A DNA stretch of 64,000 nt, taken from positions 693 through 64,692 of the forward strand of contig JAJFUR010000056.1 in NCBI GenBank assembly GCA_021372335.1, in the 5' to 3' direction. The translations under genes were made by a program, and so were the position numbers. This DNA is from Methanobacteriota archaeon. GTDB lineage: Archaea > Thermoplasmatota > Thermoplasmata > Methanomassiliicoccales > UBA472. A model generated the notes under the pieces. That model saw only the letters and a list, made by a program, of their open reading frames with translations. It was not told the DNA's origin and did no database searches. The stretch's first letter is position 1, and the number at the start of each line of letters is the position of its first letter. Shown piece by piece: positions 57,458 to 64,000 of this stretch.

Positions 57458-60400
57458 ATGAGCGAGGCAGAGCGATTGGTCTCCGATAGGGCCGAGGTGT
57501 GGAAGGGCAGGTTGTTGGACGTTTCCAACCGCAATCCTCTCATCAGGTTCCGCCGGTTAAAGGGCTCGGTGCTGAGCGTTGTCCTCCCCGACGCCGCCAC
57601 CCTGTTCAGCGAGCTGAGGCAGGGACGGCAGTACACCGTGGTGCATTCCCCTGAGCCTCTGGAGGAGGCCGGGACCGGCCGGCTCATGGTCGCCGCCCAG
57701 GTCCCCGAGCAGCCCGTGGACAAGGTCCTCTACACCCTCCGCAGTAGGGCGCGCATCTACCGCAATGACCATGGGGTGAACATATTGTACGTGGCGTTCG
57801 GCTCGCTCCTTTGGAACGATGCCAGTTCTGGAGAGACCAACGAATCCCCGCTCTTCCTGGTGCCCGTGGCCCTTGAGCGGCAGAACTCCTTCACCCCCTA
57901 TCGCTTGCAGCCACTGGACGAGGACACGGTCCTCAACCCGAGCCTGCGGAAGCGGCTGGAGCTGGACCACCGGATCCGGCTTCCGGAGATCGAGCTGGAG
58001 AACGGGCTCGACCTGCCGAAAGCCATGGGGATGGTGGCGGCCGCGATCCCGCCGGCGTCCGGATGGAGGGTAGAGGGCTCCTGCCACCTGGCCCTTTTCC
58101 ATTTCTCCAAGCTCCTCATGTACTCGGACCTTGAGCAGGGGGCCGGAACGCTGTCCTCGCATCCGGTCATAAGGGCATTGGCAGGGGACCCTGCGGCCCT
58201 TCCGCCCGAGCCTTCCGGCCTCCCGCGTCCGGAGGAGTACGACTCCAAGCTCAGGCCGGAGGATTCCTTTCATGTCCTGGACTCGGACTCGAGCCAGCTC
58301 GAGGCGGTGCAGGCAGCCCTGGCCGGCGTCAGCTTCGTCCTGCAAGGCCCGCCCGGCACTGGAAAGAGCCAGACGATCACCAACATGATCTCGGAGCTCA
58401 TCGCCCATGGGAAGCGTGTGCTCTTCGTCTCGCAGAAGATGGCCGCCCTGGACGTGGTGCGGGGGAACCTCGAGCGGTGCGGGCTAGGCGACATGTGCCT
58501 GGAGCTGCATGACCCCAAGAGGAGCAGGGCGGAGATCATCAAGGAGATAGCGACCGGCCTGGAAGATGCTGGACGATCGGGCGGCGCGGCCGTCGACGCC
58601 CAAGAGCTCGTCGAGGTCCGCCGGGAACTCGATGGGTACGTCAGGGCGTTGCATATGCCCCGAGGGAGGCTTGGCACCAGCGTGTACAGGATGATCGGCC
58701 AATACGCTGAGCTCACCGGGACGCCGGACCTATGCTTTGATCTGCCTGGCGCGCTGGAGGTGGACGAAGAACGGGCGAGGCGTATGGAGGGGACGGTCCT
58801 CCGCCTATCCCAGATGGCCTCGGCCTTCAGGGAACCCACCCATCCATGGGCGGGCGCCCTGGTCACCGAGTGGAGCGACCGGCTGCAGGCCAAGGTGCAG
58901 GAGGAGCTCTCCGCATTGATGGCCGCCCACGGGCGGCTCTGCACGGCGCTCCCGGCATTGACGATCCCCTTCGGTCTGCCCGAGCCGGTGTCCCTCCCGG
59001 AAGTGCGCCGGCTCCGCCAGCTGTTCAAAGACATGGCCGAGCGACCAAGGGTCCGCCGGGAATGGCTCGAGGGGGACCTCGACCTGCTGATGACCATGGT
59101 AAGGGATGGGCTCGCCTCCTTCCAGGACCTCTTGGGGAAAGAGGGCAGGCTGTCGGGGATGGGGGCCCGGGACATCCTCGACCTGGACGGACGTGGTCTG
59201 CGCCATAGGTTTGACGGAGAGCACACCGGCCCGTTCCGGGCGCTGAAGGGGCGCTATCGACAGGACATGCGGACGCTGCGGACGGCCTCCGGGCGTCGCC
59301 TCAGCTTTGAGGAGGCCCGGTTCCTGGTCCGTGCGGTGGACGACTACCAACAGGCGTTGGCGGCCTGGAAGGTGCGCCGGGACGCCCTTATGACCGCCCT
59401 GCGGGGAGAGTTCTTAGGGGACGGCCAGGAGCTGGAGGCGCTGTCCGAGCGACTGGAATGGACCAAGGCATTCCGTTCCAAGCACGCCCTTTTGATGAGC
59501 GAGCGGGTGATCGACGCGGTCACGGCCGAAGAGATACCACGGGAGGTCGGGCAGGGGGCGATGGAACTGGAGCTGCGCATGGACGACCTAGACGCCGCCT
59601 TGAGCGCCTTCGCGGCCCGCTTCACCGCGGACCTTCGCCTCAATGGACGGCCCCTCCAGGATGCGGCGCTCAAGGACCTTGAGGAATGGACGGAGAGGGC
59701 CTGGGCCTGCCGCCACAGGTACCAGGAATGGCTGGACCTCTCCTCCCTCCTTTTGGCCATGCGGGCCCTGGGGCTCGAAGGGCTGCTCAAGGAGCTGCGG
59801 GAGGGCTCCCTACCTCCCGAGGACTTTGTGAAGGGCTTCCAACGGCGGTTCTACAGGCTATGGACCGAGGAGGCCCTGGCCTCCGATCCTACGCTTACAG
59901 GTTTCCGTCGGGACCGCCAGATGGGGCTGATAGCGCGCTTCGACGAGCTTGACCGGAAGTACGTGGAGGGGAGCAGGGCGCGCGTGCGAGCCCGCGCGGA
60001 GGCCAACCTGAGGAGGGAGATGGAGGGCCCGGCCCACTCCATGCTCCTCAAGCAGGAGATGGAGATCGCCCGCCTGTCCAAGCTGAAGCGGCAGCGGAAG
60101 GCCATCAAGGCAATGCTGGCCGAGTGCTGGGACCTCGTTGGGCTGCTCAAGCCTTGCATGCTCATGAGCCCGCTCTCCGTGGCCCAGTTCCTGGACAGGG
60201 AAAGGACGCGCTTTGACGTTATCATCTTCGATGAGGCGTCCCAGATCTGCCCCGAGGATGCCATAGGCTCGATCGTCAGGGGGAGGCAGCTCATCGTGGT
60301 GGGGGACAGCAAGCAGCTGCCCCCCACCTCGTTCTTCGCCCTCGCGGCCGAGGACGAGGACGCCGAACCGGACCTTGAGAGCATCCTCGACGAGTGCGAG

Positions 60401-61435
60401 ACCTGTGGGATGCCTCGGCGTATGTTGATGTGGCACTATCGCTCCAAGGACGAGTCGCTGATCGCATTCTCCAATCATCAGTTCTATGGCGGAAGGCTGA
60501 ACACCTTCCCGAGCCCCCTCTTCGGGCGGGAGGGCTACGGTGTCCATCATGTCCTCGTTCCCAACGGGACCTTCGACCGGGGAAGGACCAGAACCAACAG
60601 GGAGGAGGCGAGGGCGGTCGCGGGAATGGTCCGCGACCATTACGCCCTGAAGGACGGGAGGAGCCTCGGGGTGATCGCCTTCTCGGAGGCGCAGATGGAG
60701 GCCATCGACCAGGCGTTGGACGAGCTGAGAAGTGGGGACGAGAAGCTGGACGCGGCGCTGTCCTCGGAGGAGGGGGAGCCGTTCCTGCTGTATAACCTCG
60801 AGAACGTGCAGGGGCATGAGCGGGACCGCATCATCCTGAGCGTCGGCTACGGAAGGGATGAGAACGGCAGATTCCCGTTGAACCTGGGGCCGCTGAACAG
60901 GGAGGGAGGGGAAAGGAGGCTGAACGTCGCGATCACCAGGGCGCGGCTCTGTTTGGACGTGGTCTCCTCCGTCCGGTCCGAGGAGATCGACCTAGGGGGC
61001 TCGAGCAGCGCCGGGGCCCGGCTGCTCAAGCAGTACCTGGCCTTTGCAGAGGCCGGAGGGGACCGCCGGGCGCTGCCGGTCCAATCGGATAGGCTCCGGG
61101 AGGACCCGTCCCCGTTCGTGGAACATCTGGCCAAGGCCTTGCAGGCCAGGGGGCACCGGGTGCGAACGAATGTGGGGACGTCCGACTACCGCGTGGACCT
61201 GGCCATCGAGGACCCTGCCGAGGAGGGGAGATATATATTGGGCATCGAGTGCGACGGCGCCCATTACCTTTCCGGAAGGACTGTTCGGGATAGGGACCGC
61301 ACCCGCCAGGGGCAGCTTAGGAGGCTTGGCTGGACGCTGCACCGTGTCTGGAGCGTCGAATGGTTCCGGGATCCGGAGGGGGAGATGGAGAGGATAGAGG
61401 AGGCGCTGCGCGCTAGGGGGCGATGCGCCCCTTGA
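57458..61435 (+). CDS. Large SF1 (Upf1/DNA2-like) helicase with a DUF4011-type N-terminus and a C-terminal PD-(D/E)xK (DUF559/Vsr-like) nuclease fold
   Basis: N-terminus LLDVSNRNPLIRF. Walker A GPPGTGKSQT, motif II IIFDEASQI, VVGDSKQLPP, WHYRSKDESL, VQGHERDRIILS, LNVAITRAR. C-terminal YRVDLAI..ILGIECDGAHY..RDRDRTRQGQLRRLGW. 1325 aa from ATG 57458 (GGAGAGGA SD). Confidence 0.8.
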   Translation: MSEAERLVSDRAEVWKGRLLDVSNRNPLIRFRRLKGSVLSVVLPDAATLFSELRQGRQYTVVHSPEPLEEAGTGRLMVAAQVPEQPVDKVLYTLRSRARIYRNDHGVNILYVAFGSLLWNDASSGETNESPLFLVPVALERQNSFTPYRLQPLDEDTVLNPSLRKRLELDHRIRLPEIELENGLDLPKAMGMVAAAIPPASGWRVEGSCHLALFHFSKLLMYSDLEQGAGTLSSHPVIRALAGDPAALPPEPSGLPRPEEYDSKLRPEDSFHVLDSDSSQLEAVQAALAGVSFVLQGPPGTGKSQTITNMISELIAHGKRVLFVSQKMAALDVVRGNLERCGLGDMCLELHDPKRSRAEIIKEIATGLEDAGRSGGAAVDAQELVEVRRELDGYVRALHMPRGRLGTSVYRMIGQYAELTGTPDLCFDLPGALEVDEERARRMEGTVLRLSQMASAFREPTHPWAGALVTEWSDRLQAKVQEELSALMAAHGRLCTALPALTIPFGLPEPVSLPEVRRLRQLFKDMAERPRVRREWLEGDLDLLMTMVRDGLASFQDLLGKEGRLSGMGARDILDLDGRGLRHRFDGEHTGPFRALKGRYRQDMRTLRTASGRRLSFEEARFLVRAVDDYQQALAAWKVRRDALMTALRGEFLGDGQELEALSERLEWTKAFRSKHALLMSERVIDAVTAEEIPREVGQGAMELELRMDDLDAALSAFAARFTADLRLNGRPLQDAALKDLEEWTERAWACRHRYQEWLDLSSLLLAMRALGLEGLLKELREGSLPPEDFVKGFQRRFYRLWTEEALASDPTLTGFRRDRQMGLIARFDELDRKYVEGSRARVRARAEANLRREMEGPAHSMLLKQEMEIARLSKLKRQRKAIKAMLAECWDLVGLLKPCMLMSPLSVAQFLDRERTRFDVIIFDEASQICPEDAIGSIVRGRQLIVVGDSKQLPPTSFFALAAEDEDAEPDLESILDECETCGMPRRMLMWHYRSKDESLIAFSNHQFYGGRLNTFPSPLFGREGYGVHHVLVPNGTFDRGRTRTNREEARAVAGMVRDHYALKDGRSLGVIAFSEAQMEAIDQALDELRSGDEKLDAALSSEEGEPFLLYNLENVQGHERDRIILSVGYGRDENGRFPLNLGPLNREGGERRLNVAITRARLCLDVVSSVRSEEIDLGGSSSAGARLLKQYLAFAEAGGDRRALPVQSDRLREDPSPFVEHLAKALQARGHRVRTNVGTSDYRVDLAIEDPAEEGRYILGIECDGAHYLSGRTVRDRDRTRQGQLRRLGWTLHRVWSVEWFRDPEGEMERIEEALRARGRCAP

Positions 61436-62453
61436 ACTCCGTGATGGAGGCTACGGGGGCGGGGTCCACCCCCCTTATGATTGCCAGGTAGTAGCTCGCC
61501 ATGTCCCCGAGCGCGACCCCGTGGAGGACGTTCTCCAGCAGGCTCTCCCCAGGCAACGTCACGAGCACCGGGTCCAGGCCTCGCTCGTTGAGCATCTGCA
61601 GCGTCACCTCCGACATGCGGCGGACGGTCGGCCCCATGTCGGAGGGCATGAGCAGCAGGGGGCGGCACGGGCAGCCCTTCCCGCCCTCCAGCCATCCGAC
61701 CAACTGGTTGTGGTCCATCTCCGGAACCTCGCCGCTGAAGGCCACCGCCTTGGCGTTCTCGTTGAGCTGGTTCTGCCATCGCAGGGCAACGGACCGGACC
61801 TGGCGCGGGGCGTACACAACCACCACGCCCCCGGCCATGGCCTTGGCCAGCCGCTTGGCCTGGTTCATGCCATAGGGCACGTCCGGAGCGATGGATGCGA
61901 TATAGGAGCGGAGGTCTGGGACGGCCCTCAGGAGCTCGTCGTGCAGTTGCCCGAGCCCGGCCCTCTGAAAGACGAGCGCAAGGGCGCTGAGCAGGTACCC
62001 GAGCGAGGCCCGCGGCTGGTTGCCTGCGGGTACTTTGATGAGGGGGATGGAATCGGCGATCGCGAACTCCTCGAGCTTTCCGCCGGAGGTGACCACCGCG
62101 ACACGGCATCCCCGCCGCAGGGCGTCGCTATACTGCTCCAGGCTCTCCGCGGTATTGCCTGAGTAGCTCACCACCACGGCCAGGGTTCCCTTCCCTGCGA
62201 AGCCCGGAAGGACAACGTTCCGGGACACGATGACCGGAACGGGGATGGATGGGGAAAGCAGGTCGATGATGACGTCCCCCGCTATGGCCGAGCCCCCGAC
62301 GCCGCATATCACGACATTGTCCACGCCCGGGAGTTCGGGGAACGTTACCTCCTTTGACCATTCGATCTGGCGCGGGAAGGAGGTGAGCTGAGAGAGCAGG
62401 TCTGAGGGGTCCGTAGCCTTCATTCCGGGCAGATCATCCAGCGGTTCGAGCAT
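61413..62453 (-). CDS. Bifunctional phosphoglucose/phosphomannose isomerase (archaeal SIS-domain PGI/PMI)
   Basis: SIS motifs VVICGVGGSAIAGD and VVSYSGNTAE. 346 aa. Confidence 0.7.
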   Translation of the reverse strand: MLEPLDDLPGMKATDPSDLLSQLTSFPRQIEWSKEVTFPELPGVDNVVICGVGGSAIAGDVIIDLLSPSIPVPVIVSRNVVLPGFAGKGTLAVVVSYSGNTAESLEQYSDALRRGCRVAVVTSGGKLEEFAIADSIPLIKVPAGNQPRASLGYLLSALALVFQRAGLGQLHDELLRAVPDLRSYIASIAPDVPYGMNQAKRLAKAMAGGVVVVYAPRQVRSVALRWQNQLNENAKAVAFSGEVPEMDHNQLVGWLEGGKGCPCRPLLLMPSDMGPTVRRMSEVTLQMLNERGLDPVLVTLPGESLLENVLHGVALGDMASYYLAIIRGVDPAPVASITEFKGRIAP

Positions 62454-62554
62454 CAGGGAGCATACGCGATGGCCTCTATTTTATTTTGCCCTGCGGGCCC
62501 TGGCCCGTTCTCATTACCATTTGAATTGTAGTAACGCAAGGAATATACTAGTAC

Positions 62555-62570
62555 CTCCCTGTTGAGGGAG
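62555..62570 (+). promoter_or_regulatory. Hairpin CUCCCU-GUUG-AGGGAG covering the ribB Shine-Dalgarno region
   Basis: Read directly. The 3' arm AGGGAG ends 5 nt before ATG 62576. Confidence 0.35.
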
Positions 62571-62575
62571 CCATC

Positions 62576-63282
62576 ATGAGCGACGAGATGATCGAGAGAG
62601 CGTTGGAGGACATACGCAAGGGAAGGATGGTCATGATCTTCGATGCGGACGACCGGGAGAGGGAGACGGACATGGTCATCGCCTCCCAGTTCATCACCCC
62701 CGCGTCCATACGGGAGATGCGCAAGAACGCCGGGGGGCTGATATGCACGACCGCCCATAATGACATCTGCCGCAAGCTGGACCTGCCGTTCCTTGCGGAT
62801 GTGCTTGCATGCAATCACGACAGGCACCCTGTGCTGAAGGGGCTGGCGCCGAACGACATCCCGTACGACACGAAGTCCGCCTTCTCCATCACCATCAACC
62901 ACCGCCGGACCTTCACCGGGATCACGGACAAGGACAGGGCTCTCACCGTCTCCGAGTTCGCCAGGCTTGCCAAGGACTCCTATTCCTTGGACGAGGCGGA
63001 GGCCCAGGCCGCCTTCGGAAAGGCGTTCCGGGCCCCCGGGCACATCCATCTGCTCAATTCCACGCCCCATCTATTGAGTGAGCGCAAGGGGCATACGGAG
63101 CTGGCCACCGCCATGATGGTCATGGCGGGGGTGACCCCGACGGCGACCATCTGCGAGATGATGGGGGACGACGGGGACGCCCTCAGCAAGGAAAAGGCTA
63201 AAAGGTATGCGGCGCGCTTTGACCTTTGCTTCCTGGAGGGAAAGGACATAATCGACTTCTGGAAGAGAGGCGGGAACGGGAA

Positions 63283-63286
<4 letters not shown>
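62576..63286 (+). CDS. ribB: 3,4-dihydroxy-2-butanone 4-phosphate synthase
   Basis: MVMIFDADDRERETDMVIASQ, GLICT, PGHIHLL motifs. Confidence 0.8.

Positions 63287-64000
<714 letters not shown>

Overview
This is a high-GC (roughly 60-63%), gene-dense archaeal chromosomal segment. Archaeal markers include the RFC small subunit, ribosomal protein L40e, RibL with an archaeal-type riboflavin synthase, archaeal GlyRS, and A/T-rich TATA-like boxes. The content resembles Thermoplasmatota/Methanomassiliicoccales, but I cannot confirm that without a search. I support about 68 protein genes, one tRNA-Gly(GCC), and several small regulatory hairpins and palindromes. I found no rRNA, CRISPR array, transposase or integrase. 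Many long ORFs in the track are GC-driven shadow frames or false N-terminal extensions. Four real genes are absent from the track: a 55-aa ferredoxin, L40e, the second half of a split DUF3784 gene, and a 3'-truncated riboflavin synthase. Most genes are housekeeping: SufS, biotin carboxylase, GdhA, GlyRS, ValRS, TopA, enolase, GlyA, FolC, Nth, RFC and the rib genes. The most interesting locus is a tight six-gene operon (6641-13064). It joins an Mvh-type [NiFe]-hydrogenase to an NfnAB/SudAB-like NADPH-flavoprotein pair and an internally duplicated polyferredoxin with two MvhD-like domains. No Hdr genes are nearby. Other leads are a ~306-nt highly structured candidate RNA ending at the msrB start codon, tandem near-identical 69-aa genes with conserved 5'-UTR hairpins, a CBS-domain protein with an HPF-like tail, a 1325-aa DUF4011-type SF1 helicase-nuclease, a split COG0523 metallochaperone cassette, and a ValRS with a lysine-less KMSKS loop.
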